A stretch of DNA of 37,447 nt from Verrucomicrobiota bacterium (GCA_039800465.1 JBDLQQ010000386.1:1-37447); one strand, 5' to 3'; positions 19,771-27,866 are shown, numbered from the stretch's first letter. The notes: generated from the letters alone by a model not told the origin. Translations and numbers: made by a program.

Positions 19771-20338
19771 TCCCCAGCGCCGAGCCGCGCTCTGCCCCCC
19801 AAGGGCTGTGGTCCCTCACGGCCCCATCTCGATCCAACCGAGGCGAAACACGGAGGTGAATGGGCACGCGGAGACACGGAGGAAAAGCCGGGAGGTCGTT
19901 GGTAAATCCGATTCCCCACGGCACCACGCCTTCCATTCCCTCTTCTCCGCGCCTCCACCCCTCTGCGGGAGTCCTGTCTCCGTCTTCCTTGGCCTCGATT
20001 CTCCTCCGCGTCTCGGCGTCTCCGCGTACCGATCACCTCCCGACCACCCAACAGCTTCGCTTCAGCGTTGCGGCATGGATGGGGACGAGCGGCACCTCGT
20101 CCCTCCCATTCGTTTCCCATCTCAGCGCCTTTGCGCCTCCGCGGGAATCCCTGGTTCCCTCCCAGACAATCGAAGGAAACACCTCCAGCCAACTTGGCGT
20201 TGGCAGGTGTGGAGTTCCTCGGCACACTAAACATGTTGTTGGCGTTGGACGGGCGTCAGTTGGTAGTTTTTTGTTAGGCATTACGCCCGTAAACTCTTCA
20301 GCGAATCCGTCACACAGTGTTGATGGATAGATACTTAG

Positions 20339-20413
20339 GCCGGCTTAGCTCAGCGGCAGAGCAACGGTTTTGTAAACCGTGGGTCGTCGGTTCAATCCCG
20401 ACAGCCGGCTCCA
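20339..20413 (+). tRNA. tRNA-Thr (anticodon TGT), CCA encoded
   Basis: Folded by hand. The acceptor stem GCCGGCT/AGCCGGC has 7 perfect pairs. The D stem is GCTC/GAGC. The anticodon stem is ACGGT/ACCGT with loop TTTGTAA, giving anticodon TGT. The variable loop is GGGTC. The T stem is GTCGG/CCGAC with loop TTCAATC. The discriminator is T, followed by CCA. Confidence 0.95.
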
Positions 20414-20419
20414 CTCAGG

Positions 20420-20440
20420 AACCCCGTTTTTGTTGGGGTT
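20420..20440 (+). terminator. Possible hairpin terminator after tRNA-Thr
   Basis: AACCCC-gtttttgtt-GGGGTT forms a 6-bp stem with a T-rich loop, 7 nt after the tRNA. Only a short T run follows, so the call is weak. Confidence 0.3.
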
Positions 20441-20582
20441 TCCCCCTCCAAATGGAATCAGGTTGATCGGGTGGCCGGTGATGACCAACGACGCATCTCA
20501 GGTAGTGCGCGCCTGCTGAACTCCGCATGAAACCGAGGCGCAACCGCGCAGGCGCCTGCAGACGCCTCGTTCGCCGGCGGGG

Positions 20583-20972
20583 TCATGGCGACCGTCTCCA
20601 ATCAATCGACTCATCACTCCACGTTCCCAGCCCGTCGTAAGCGTTGAAGGAACGCTCAATGTCCGCGTCTTCCCCAGAGCCTCCCCGAACGCCATCTCGG
20701 CCGAGACTCAGCAACGTGACGATCCCTGCTGAGTTGGTCTGGTAGGTCAACGAACGCTTCCATCCATCCACAATGCTCGTATCGAACCCGCTCATCGGGG
20801 GAAGTGAAGCCAGGTCCGGCGGCAACTGATTGTGAGCGCGCGCGTATTGGAGAATGCGCCGTTTGGTGACGTGCATGCGCGTTTGGGTCAGCGACTTCGG
20901 TGGGATGCGGTCCAGACACCCAGAAATCATGCCTGCGGCCAGGACTGAGAGAATGGAATGTTGAAAACGCAT
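20583..20972 (-). CDS. Lipoprotein with type II secretion pseudopilin (GspG-like) globular domain
   Basis: From ATG 20972 the product reads MRFQHSILSVLAAGMISGC, with a lipobox (ISGC). ILQYARAHNQLPPDLASLPP...DGWKRSLTYQTNSAGIVTLLSLGRDGVRGGSGEDADI then follows. This matches the GspG C-terminal pattern as I remember it (Y....g.yP..L..L....D.WG....Y........l.SlG.DG..GG.g...Di). Confidence 0.6.
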   Translation of the reverse strand: MRFQHSILSVLAAGMISGCLDRIPPKSLTQTRMHVTKRRILQYARAHNQLPPDLASLPPMSGFDTSIVDGWKRSLTYQTNSAGIVTLLSLGRDGVRGGSGEDADIERSFNAYDGLGTWSDESIDWRRSP

Positions 20973-21198
20973 GACGTGCTCCGTGGCCGAACGATGTCGA
21001 GGTCCCCTCACCTTAGCCTGACGAAGTGGAACTTGTGACTACCACCGAAGTGGCTTCGGCCACGACCACCAATCAATTCAAAATCTCGCCAGTCGATGCG
21101 AGCAGCCGCCACTCCACTTCCTGGGACGAGGATCGCATCCGTGATGTCCCCAGTGCGGGAACGGATCCGCCACAACGCAGGGTGAGACGACACCCGCA

Positions 21199-21501
21199 TC
21201 AGTCGTTGAATCCGAACAACCGGGTGACCCACCCCGTAATGACCCGGATCGACGCGAGCATCCCCACATACATCACCGGATGCCACCACTCCAACTTCGG
21301 ATACATCGGCATCAACCCCAACATCGTGACACCCATCAGGGCGATGGCGACCACCTCCAAAACCACCACATGAAACCAGCCAAAAGCACACCCCGTGCGC
21401 TCGCTCAACCACTCCAGAACCTTGTCGGGGTAGACAATCGCTGCAGCCAGTGCCACCAGGACGATGTCATACCAATTCATTCTCCCGCGTCGTAAAGCCA
21501 T
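21199..21501 (-). CDS. Hypothetical small membrane protein
   Basis: 93-100 aa, starting at ATG 21501 or 21480. It has three hydrophobic segments (YDIVLVALAAAIVY, FHVVVLEVVAIALMGVTMLGLM, VMYVGMLASIRVITGWV). The gene is in the lower-GC islet. No family recognised. Confidence 0.45.
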   Translation of the reverse strand: MALRRGRMNWYDIVLVALAAAIVYPDKVLEWLSERTGCAFGWFHVVVLEVVAIALMGVTMLGLMPMYPKLEWWHPVMYVGMLASIRVITGWVTRLFGFND

Positions 21502-21733
21502 ATCGTGCGTGCTGCCGTCTCAACGTTCCTCGGGCAGCTTACCGCAGCCGAATCCTCCCAGCCTTCCCAAAATCTTCCGTGACCCGGGGGGCGGGAGAAC
21601 GAAGCCGAGATCCAAGCCGGTCTCGTTCCACGGACCCACTGCACCGTCTCTGGGAATCAGGCTTCGAATCCGATGCTTCCATGGCTCCTCTCCCGGGGAT
21701 GCAGGAGATTAAGTCCGAAGCGGTCGCCCCACT

Positions 21734-22207
21734 CTAATCCATTGCCGATGGTCTGGACCGAATGGGGTCCCGATGCCCTCGGATCCGCAGGATACGGGAG
21801 AGGTTGTACTCACGGACACCCCACCATACCTCCCGTGTTTCTGGGTTCTCAACTCGGCAGAGAAGCCAGCCCGGCGCGAATTCCAGGCGGTTCATTCCAC
21901 CGCTGCCCGTTGGCTGTGACCACTCGAATGAGTGCCAACCGGTGCGGCGATAGGAGCCAGCGGGTCTGGTCGAGATCTCCTCGCTGCCACCGGGAGCCCC
22001 TGATGGATCCGGCCAGGGATCCAAGTGGGTCATCACCTGCCCGTCACGGAATTCGGCGACAAGATTCGCGCTGCAGAGACATGTAAAATAGCCACCTCGC
22101 CAGAAGCCTCCCGCACTGTGCGGCGTGCCGAACCAAACGAGCGCCATGGAGGCCCCCAATCCCGCCCACCACGCGCGAGACCTGAGATGATGCCGACTCA
22201 TTTCCAA
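21734..22207 (-). CDS. Hypothetical protein, possibly secreted
   Basis: 157-aa ORF with a signal-like N-terminus (RAWWAGLGASMALVWFGTPHSAG). It is Trp-rich. I recognise no motif, so coding status is uncertain. Confidence 0.35.
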   Translation of the reverse strand: MEMSRHHLRSRAWWAGLGASMALVWFGTPHSAGGFWRGGYFTCLCSANLVAEFRDGQVMTHLDPWPDPSGAPGGSEEISTRPAGSYRRTGWHSFEWSQPTGSGGMNRLEFAPGWLLCRVENPETREVWWGVREYNLSRILRIRGHRDPIRSRPSAMD

Positions 22208-22269
22208 AGCGGCTGAATTCGTCGATACGAGGCCATTGTCCGTCTCCGAAGGTGGTTTTGATCGGGACG

Positions 22270-22317
22270 TCAGCGATTGAATCCGTGGAACAGGATGTTG
22301 GTGTCGATGGACAGCAT
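22270..22317 (-). pseudogene. Remnant of a PIN-domain (VapC-like) toxin gene, truncated after 15 codons
   Basis: An ATG lies 3 nt after the antitoxin stop and reads MLSIDTNILFHGFNR then TGA. (L/I)DTN(I/V)L is the classic first acidic motif of PIN toxins. None of the three downstream frames continues a PIN-like sequence. Confidence 0.6.
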
Positions 22318-22320
22318 GGC

Positions 22321-22590
22321 CTATTTCCTTCCACCCCGCCTCAACGACACCTCAACAGTAGTCCGCTGCGCTTCAACCTTGATTCCCTCATCGGTCAACC
22401 CCTTCCAACCAAGCAGGCGCGGCTTGGGCGGGTGCCACTCCCGGTTCGCATCCGAATCCGAAGCGTACACGCTGAGGATGTACTCGATCCCACGTCGTGC
22501 GAGCTCGGCCAGAGGTATCTCACGGGCTTCGCAAAGCCTCTTCGCGCGAGCAGACGTCTCATCCGCGAGTTGGATCCGGGTTCTCGTCAT
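22321..22590 (-). CDS. Ribbon-helix-helix (CopG/VapB-like) antitoxin
   Basis: The 89-aa product from ATG 22590 reads MTRTRIQLADETSARAKRLCEAREIPLAELARRGIEYIL. A beta-strand followed by two helices at the N-terminus is the RHH pattern. It is immediately followed by the PIN remnant. The longer 176-aa ORF N-terminus is Arg/Gly-rich shadow. Confidence 0.7.
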   Translation of the reverse strand: MTRTRIQLADETSARAKRLCEAREIPLAELARRGIEYILSVYASDSDANREWHPPKPRLLGWKGLTDEGIKVEAQRTTVEVSLRRGGRK

Positions 22591-22726
22591 GCCATTGCTT
22601 TGACAGCAGTCGTGTATGCCGTCAATGCAACGGCTTGGATCCGACGGACCCCACCCGGATGCGGCGCCAGAGGCCCCGGATCCGGGAAAGGTTTGGCGTC
22701 CCAACCGCCCGCGATAGCATCCACCT

Positions 22727-24046
22727 ATGCCCCACGCGCTCCGCATCCTGGTCGTGACCCTGGCCCTCTGGGGACACCTCCTCGGCACCCACCTCCTGGG
22801 CGCCGAAGGGCGACCGGGTCCGGAGTCAGACGACGCCTTCCTCGACCGCATGGAGCGGGCGGCCTTCGACTACTTCTGGAACGAGGCGAACCCCAAGAAC
22901 GGACTGATCCGGGATCGGACCACTCCCGAATCCAAATGCAGCATCGCCGCCGTAGGATTCGGTCTCAGCGCCCTGAACATCGGGGTCGAACGCGGATGGA
23001 TTCCCCGCGCTGCGGCACGGGGACGGGTCCTGACCACGCTCAAGACCTTCGCCGAGGGACCCCAAGGGGATCAGGCCGAGGGCACGATCGGGCATCGCGG
23101 CTGGTTCTACCATTTCCTCGAGATGGAGTCGGGCCGACGCGCCTGGAAGTGCGAGCTCTCCTCCATCGACACCGCCCTGCTGCTGGCCGGGGTGCTCGAT
23201 GCCCGGGAGTTCTTCTCGGGACGGGACCCCGAAGAGAGGGCGATCCGGGACCTGGCCGATCAGATCGTCTCTCGCGTCGACTGGGCCTGGATGACGAACG
23301 GCAGGGATACCTTCACGATGGGGTGGCATCCGGAGAAGGGGTTCCTGGCGTCGCGCTGGGTGGGCTACAACGAGGCGATGATCCTCTATCTCATCGCGCT
23401 GGGGGCCACTGACGGGTCAGGCCACCCCGCCCCGGTCCGCTGGGAGGCCTGGACCGAAGGGTACCGTTGGCGCCCACACCACGGCTTTGAATTCGTGGAG
23501 TTCGCCCCGCTGTTTGGTCATCAGTACTCCCATTGCTGGGTGGATTTCAGAGGCCTCGTCGATGCCGCGATGCGCCCCCACGGCATCGACTACTTCGAGA
23601 ACTCGCGTCGCGCCACCCTCGCCCAACGGGCCTACTGCATCGCAAACCCGGGTGGGTTCCCGAACTACGGCCCCCTGGAGTGGGGCTTGAGCGCGTGTGA
23701 TGGACCGAAGGGATACGCCGCCCGCGGGGCACCCCCGGCGGAGAACGATGACGGCACCCTCGCGCCGACAGCCGTCGGCGGATCGATCCCGTTCGCGCCC
23801 GAGGTCTGCATCCCGACTCTCCGTCACTGGGAACGGACCTACGGGAAACAGCTGTGGGGACGCTATGGGTTCCGGGATGGGTTCAACCGGAAGGAGGACT
23901 GGTGGGCAACCGACACACTCGGCATCGACCAGGGGGCGATCCTGATCATGGCGGAGAACCATCGGACCGGATCGGTCTGGCGCCGCATGAAGTCGAGCAG
24001 CGTGATCCGCAGAGGTCTGGAGCGGGCGGGCTTCCGTCCGCTGTGA
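22727..24046 (+). CDS. Secreted 'putative glucoamylase' (PF10091-type; GH144 endo-beta-1,2-glucanase-like) protein
   Basis: 439 aa with a signal peptide (ILVVTLALWGHLLG). The motifs FDYFWNEANPKNGLIRDR, SIAAVGFGLSALNIGVERGWI and GWFYHFLEMESGRRAWKCELSSIDTALLLAGVL match this family as I remember it. Not searched. Confidence 0.65.
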   Translation: MPHALRILVVTLALWGHLLGTHLLGAEGRPGPESDDAFLDRMERAAFDYFWNEANPKNGLIRDRTTPESKCSIAAVGFGLSALNIGVERGWIPRAAARGRVLTTLKTFAEGPQGDQAEGTIGHRGWFYHFLEMESGRRAWKCELSSIDTALLLAGVLDAREFFSGRDPEERAIRDLADQIVSRVDWAWMTNGRDTFTMGWHPEKGFLASRWVGYNEAMILYLIALGATDGSGHPAPVRWEAWTEGYRWRPHHGFEFVEFAPLFGHQYSHCWVDFRGLVDAAMRPHGIDYFENSRRATLAQRAYCIANPGGFPNYGPLEWGLSACDGPKGYAARGAPPAENDDGTLAPTAVGGSIPFAPEVCIPTLRHWERTYGKQLWGRYGFRDGFNRKEDWWATDTLGIDQGAILIMAENHRTGSVWRRMKSSSVIRRGLERAGFRPL

Positions 24047-24064
24047 CGAAGCGGCTCCGCCCCG

Positions 24065-26572
24065 TCACTGGGGCGTCAGCGTGTCGTGTTCCCCGGCACG
24101 GGTCGACCACTCCAGGAGTTCCCCGGAGAGCCTCTGCTCGCCACCGGCCGAACGTCTCAGGAGCACGGATCGGCCGGGCCATGGGTTGACCAGCCGACAG
24201 GTCCTTCCCCGCTCGCTCTCGATCTCCACCGGCCCGATCTCCCCGTCGCGGATCTCGCCGCTGACCAGGAACGCACCGGGCGCCCTCAATCGGCCGAAGG
24301 AAGCGGCCTGGTCCCGAGGCCAGACCGGAAAGACCCGGAGCTTCCCCCGATGGCCCTGCAACAGCATCTCGTTAATCGTCGCTGGCACGCCGGCGCAGTT
24401 CTCGATGCCGCCGCCGCCGGTGAAGACCATGAGGTTCGGGAATCCGAACGACTCCAGCTGCTGCCGGAGCTTCGACAGGATGTCCCGGGGATCATGGCCC
24501 ACCCGGACCGCCCCCGGGAATGTCATGCTGAAGCCGTTGAAGTGGCCGATCCATTCCGACCGGGCCCATCCCCGGACATCGTCCTGCAGGACCTTGAGCA
24601 GTCCTGGATCGGAATCGAAGCCGACAACGGTCGAGGGCCAGACCATGCCCATGAACTCCACCCGGGTGTTGTTCCGCTTCGGCCCGATGCGGGACGCAGC
24701 CGGTCCAGCCTCCGCCCCCCGGAGCCGACGGACGCCATCGACCTCGACCGTCGGGAACTCACTCAACCGGTCGAGGATGTCCTGCCAGCGACCCCGTCGA
24801 TCGGCATCCCTGCCCAGCTCGCCACTCACCTCGATCATGCCGCGGAACAGGTTCCGGACGAGTCCGAGGGACAGGCAGTTGTTCTGGTCGCTGCCCCCAT
24901 CCCCAACCTCCCCTGAGGCGTCCCGGGTGATCACATAGCGCCCCCCGTCGAGCTTGAGATAGGATTCCCAGAACCGGGCCGTCTCCTGCAGGAACGGATA
25001 GACCTTGCGGGCGTAGTCGAGGTCCCAGGTGTGTTCGATCCGCTGGAGCATGTTGACCGCTGCGAACGCGGCATTGCTCTTCTGTCCGAGGAACATCCGG
25101 CGTCCCTCCCCGGGGATGCTGTGCCCGTCGGGCATGAAGGCGGTCTCGAGCCCCTGGGGACCGATCCCGACGTCGTAGTACACACCCGGGACCTCCAGGA
25201 ACTCCCGGGCGTTGGCCTTCGCGGTTGGGAGATACTCGAGGATCGGCGTGTCGTAGGGCTCTGCCAGCTCGGGATGGTTGGACGAGAACACGGCCCACCA
25301 CGGAGCCTCATGGTTGTAGTTGAGGTGGTAGTCGGCCTGCCACGACGGGCCGTCCATCGTGATCCAGTTGCCGTAGAGGGACGGGGCGAACCGCGGGTTC
25401 CGGGAACAGGAGGCCATCAGGTACTGGGAACCGTAGTAGTAGCGTTCGATCAACGGATCCCCGATGCGGACGAAGGATCGCGACCAGAACCCGCGCCACC
25501 AGGCACGGTGGCGCTCCTTCAGTTCAGTGATCCGCTCCAGGGTCAACGCGGCCACCCGGCGCCGCGCCTCCCCGAGCGGCTGCGCGGATTCCTCCCCCGT
25601 CACCACCGAGGCGACGAGGTGCACCACGCGACCGGGTTGGAGCACGAAACGATCTGCGGACCAGCCATCGCCCCGACTCCACGGGAGCCCCGGTTGTCGA
25701 TGGCCCAGCAGCCGGAGGGCCACGGCCGCCTCCGTGGTCTTGGCCGACGGCTTCTGCTCCAACGCGATCGAGTTGGTGATGCTGACAAACCGGCGCACGG
25801 CCCAGTAGCCGTCCGGGAGATTGCCCGACGCGGTCTCCGATTCGTTCCCGGTCATGGGCGAGAGTCGGACATCGACCCCGGTCAGTGCCGTCGGGGCGAA
25901 GGGATTGGCATCGGCCGGATCGCCAGCGACGGAGAGCTCGATGACCAGGAGGTTCTCCGTGGCAGCCACCCACGATCGCATCCGCACCTCCGTGCCCGGG
26001 CGGGTGAAGGGCGGGGGGTCCTCCATCCGGTGGGCGGTCGTGAGGGTGTGCACCACCTCGGCCGTCTCGAGGATCTGCTCGACCCGGAACACGCCCCCGT
26101 TGAGCGCGGGAATCGACACGTCGATGAAACCGATCGGCGCGGGGTGGGCGTTGGGATAGATCGTCTTGGTCTTCCAGAAATCGTTCTTGGACAGGTGGAA
26201 CCGATGGAGTTCCGGACACGCGGTCGGGGCATTGGTCCGCCGCGTGACGTTGGCGCCGCCCTCCTCACCGAGGCCGAAGAATCGACGGCGTTCGGCCACC
26301 GCCCCCACGGCCACACCGAGGTCTCCGTTCCCGAGCAGGGGACCATCCGGGACCTTGCGGGTCGGCATGGCATCGGGGGCGGCATCCCAGACTCCCCGAT
26401 GTTGGGACACGATGGAGAGCGCCTCCCGGGCAATACGGTCTGTGGAATCGGATCCGTCCGCCGCCTCGAGGGAACCCTGGAGACGGGCGGCAAGCCCGAG
26501 TTGCAACACCCATCCCCAGCACCCCAGGACCTTTCGACGCCGTGACATCCGTCGAGCCTTTCGGAGACGCAC
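24065..26572 (-). CDS. GH95-like (alpha/alpha)6 glycoside hydrolase family protein
   Basis: 835 aa. The N-terminus is basic (SRRRKVLGCWGWVLQLGLAA), which could be a Tat-like signal. PLLGNGDLGVAVG resembles the GH95 N-terminal LPxGNGxLG motif. The C-terminal INEMLLQGHRGKLRVFPVWP...FGRLRAPGAFLVSG resembles the GH95 (I/V)xEMLLQSH...LLPALP...GLRARGGF motif. The family call is from memory. Confidence 0.55.
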   Translation of the reverse strand: MRLRKARRMSRRRKVLGCWGWVLQLGLAARLQGSLEAADGSDSTDRIAREALSIVSQHRGVWDAAPDAMPTRKVPDGPLLGNGDLGVAVGAVAERRRFFGLGEEGGANVTRRTNAPTACPELHRFHLSKNDFWKTKTIYPNAHPAPIGFIDVSIPALNGGVFRVEQILETAEVVHTLTTAHRMEDPPPFTRPGTEVRMRSWVAATENLLVIELSVAGDPADANPFAPTALTGVDVRLSPMTGNESETASGNLPDGYWAVRRFVSITNSIALEQKPSAKTTEAAVALRLLGHRQPGLPWSRGDGWSADRFVLQPGRVVHLVASVVTGEESAQPLGEARRRVAALTLERITELKERHRAWWRGFWSRSFVRIGDPLIERYYYGSQYLMASCSRNPRFAPSLYGNWITMDGPSWQADYHLNYNHEAPWWAVFSSNHPELAEPYDTPILEYLPTAKANAREFLEVPGVYYDVGIGPQGLETAFMPDGHSIPGEGRRMFLGQKSNAAFAAVNMLQRIEHTWDLDYARKVYPFLQETARFWESYLKLDGGRYVITRDASGEVGDGGSDQNNCLSLGLVRNLFRGMIEVSGELGRDADRRGRWQDILDRLSEFPTVEVDGVRRLRGAEAGPAASRIGPKRNNTRVEFMGMVWPSTVVGFDSDPGLLKVLQDDVRGWARSEWIGHFNGFSMTFPGAVRVGHDPRDILSKLRQQLESFGFPNLMVFTGGGGIENCAGVPATINEMLLQGHRGKLRVFPVWPRDQAASFGRLRAPGAFLVSGEIRDGEIGPVEIESERGRTCRLVNPWPGRSVLLRRSAGGEQRLSGELLEWSTRAGEHDTLTPQ

Positions 26573-26660
26573 GGGAATGCAAGCAGGGGGCGGGCGGCAG
26601 TCGGTCCGTCAACCCACCTCTCAACTTCCGCCACGGGCTCCTTTGAGGAATCCTTTCCCC

Positions 26661-27836
26661 GTGAAGCTCACCCACGGACTCCATCTGGCCTATTGCACCA
26701 ATGTGCATCGGGGCGGTTCCTGGCAGGAGACCCTCGCCAGCCTCGAGCGCCACACCCTTGCCGTGCGCCGGGCCATCTGTCCCGACGCTCCCTACGCCAT
26801 CGGACTCCGGCTCAGCGACGCCGCTTCCCGCGAACTGGCCGTCCCGGCGGTGCTCAAGGATTTCCAGCGGTGGCTCGAGCGGAACCGTTGCTACGTCTTC
26901 ACGATCAACGGATTTCCCTTCGGCAACTTCCATGGCACCCGCGTGAAGGAGCAGGTCTGCCAGCCCGACTGGACCTCCCCTGAACGCCTCGCCTACACCA
27001 ATCGACTGTTCGACATCCTGGCCGAGCTCCTGCCCGAAGGGGTGGAGGGTTCCGTCAGCACCGTGCCGGTGAGCTTCAAGCAGTTCCGTCTGGGAACCCG
27101 GGAACTCGCCGTCGCGCGGAACCACCTGTGGCGCTGCGTCGACCACCAGGAGCAGCTGACGCGCAGAACCGGCCGGAAGCTGCACCTCGGACTGGAGCCC
27201 GAACCGTTCGGAACCGTCGAGAACACGGCGGAATTCATCACGTTCTTCGGACAGCTCGAGGCGGATCGACCCGGTGATCTCCGCCTCCGCGAACATCTGG
27301 GCATCAACTACGACACCTGCCATTTCGCCCTCCAGTTTGAGCACCCGGGGGAAGCGCTCCAGCGGCTGCACCGTCGCGGGATCCGGATCAGCAAGATCCA
27401 CCTGAGCAACGCGCTCCGGGTCCATCCCACCCATGAGGTCCGGGCCGTCCTGCCCTCGTTCGACGATGGCGTCTACTTCCACCAGGTGATCGAGCGGCGG
27501 GCCGACGGGGAACTGGTCCGGCATGCCGACCTCGACGCGGCGTTGGCGACCTCCGAGAGCGACGGACCCCAGTTCGACCGGGAGTGGCGGATCCACTTCC
27601 ACATCCCGCTGCATGCCCCGGAGACGGCCCTGATCGGCACGACGGTCGATCACCTCCGTGGGACCCTCGATGTCCTGAAGCAGAACCCCCGGCTCTGCTC
27701 CCATCTGGAGATGGAGACCTACACCTGGGAGGTCCTGCCGCGGGAACTGAAGCAGGCCCGGGTCGAGGACATGCTGGTCAGCGAGTATCGATGGATGCTC
27801 GGGGAGCTGAAGTCGCGCGGTGTCGTTCCCCTATGA
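26661..27836 (+). CDS. Xylose-isomerase-like TIM-barrel protein, EboE-like
   Basis: From GTG 26661 the product reads VKLTHGLHLAYCTNVHRGGSWQETLASLERHTLAVRR...YVFTINGFPFGNFHGTRVKEQVCQPDW. The AYCTN(V/I)H and INGFP(F/Y)G blocks are what I associate with EboE-type TIM-barrel proteins. The ORF upstream of 26661 overlaps the GH95-like gene. The start is uncertain (ATG 26575 is possible). Confidence 0.6.
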   Translation: MKLTHGLHLAYCTNVHRGGSWQETLASLERHTLAVRRAICPDAPYAIGLRLSDAASRELAVPAVLKDFQRWLERNRCYVFTINGFPFGNFHGTRVKEQVCQPDWTSPERLAYTNRLFDILAELLPEGVEGSVSTVPVSFKQFRLGTRELAVARNHLWRCVDHQEQLTRRTGRKLHLGLEPEPFGTVENTAEFITFFGQLEADRPGDLRLREHLGINYDTCHFALQFEHPGEALQRLHRRGIRISKIHLSNALRVHPTHEVRAVLPSFDDGVYFHQVIERRADGELVRHADLDAALATSESDGPQFDREWRIHFHIPLHAPETALIGTTVDHLRGTLDVLKQNPRLCSHLEMETYTWEVLPRELKQARVEDMLVSEYRWMLGELKSRGVVPL

Positions 27837-27866
27837 CGCGCGTGGGGTTCCCCCACCCTGGCGTCA
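27834..27866. terminator. Possible bidirectional hairpin between convergent genes
   Basis: TGACGC-gc-GTGGGG-ttc-CCCCAC-cctg-GCGTCA gives two stacked 6-bp stems. It overlaps the stop of the EboE-like gene and lies 64 nt from the stop of the 27930-29252 gene. There is no U-tract. Confidence 0.3.

Noticed and set aside
19581-20330. Several overlapping 60-217-aa ORFs on both strands in the tract upstream of tRNA-Thr.
   Set aside because: They overlap one another and are Pro/Ser/Arg/Gly-rich. They have no start context, no hydrophobic segments and no motifs. The region is treated as non-coding.
22146-22165. A short match (CAATCCCG) to the tRNA-Thr T-arm/3' region, considered as a candidate attR repeat for the islet.
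   Set aside because: Only about 8 nt match, and this occurs inside a putative ORF. That is far too short to distinguish from chance in GC-rich DNA. I found no longer copy of the tRNA 3' end by eye.
22044-22334. A 96-aa minus-strand ORF considered as the toxin partner of the RHH antitoxin.
   Set aside because: It overlaps the antitoxin stop in a different frame, has no toxin motif, and overlaps the start of the 21734-22207 ORF. The PIN-like reading (MLSIDTNILF...) is in another frame and stops after 15 codons.
22252-23412. A 386-aa plus-strand ORF overlapping the antitoxin and the GH144-like gene.
   Set aside because: It is out of frame with the well-supported GH144-like CDS and antisense to the antitoxin. 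Its composition is Arg/Pro/Gly-rich.
26166-26660. A 165-codon N-terminal extension of the EboE-like ORF.
   Set aside because: It overlaps the 5' part of the GH95-like gene on the opposite strand and is Ser/Pro/Arg-rich. Family-like sequence begins only at VKLTHGLHLAYCTNVH.
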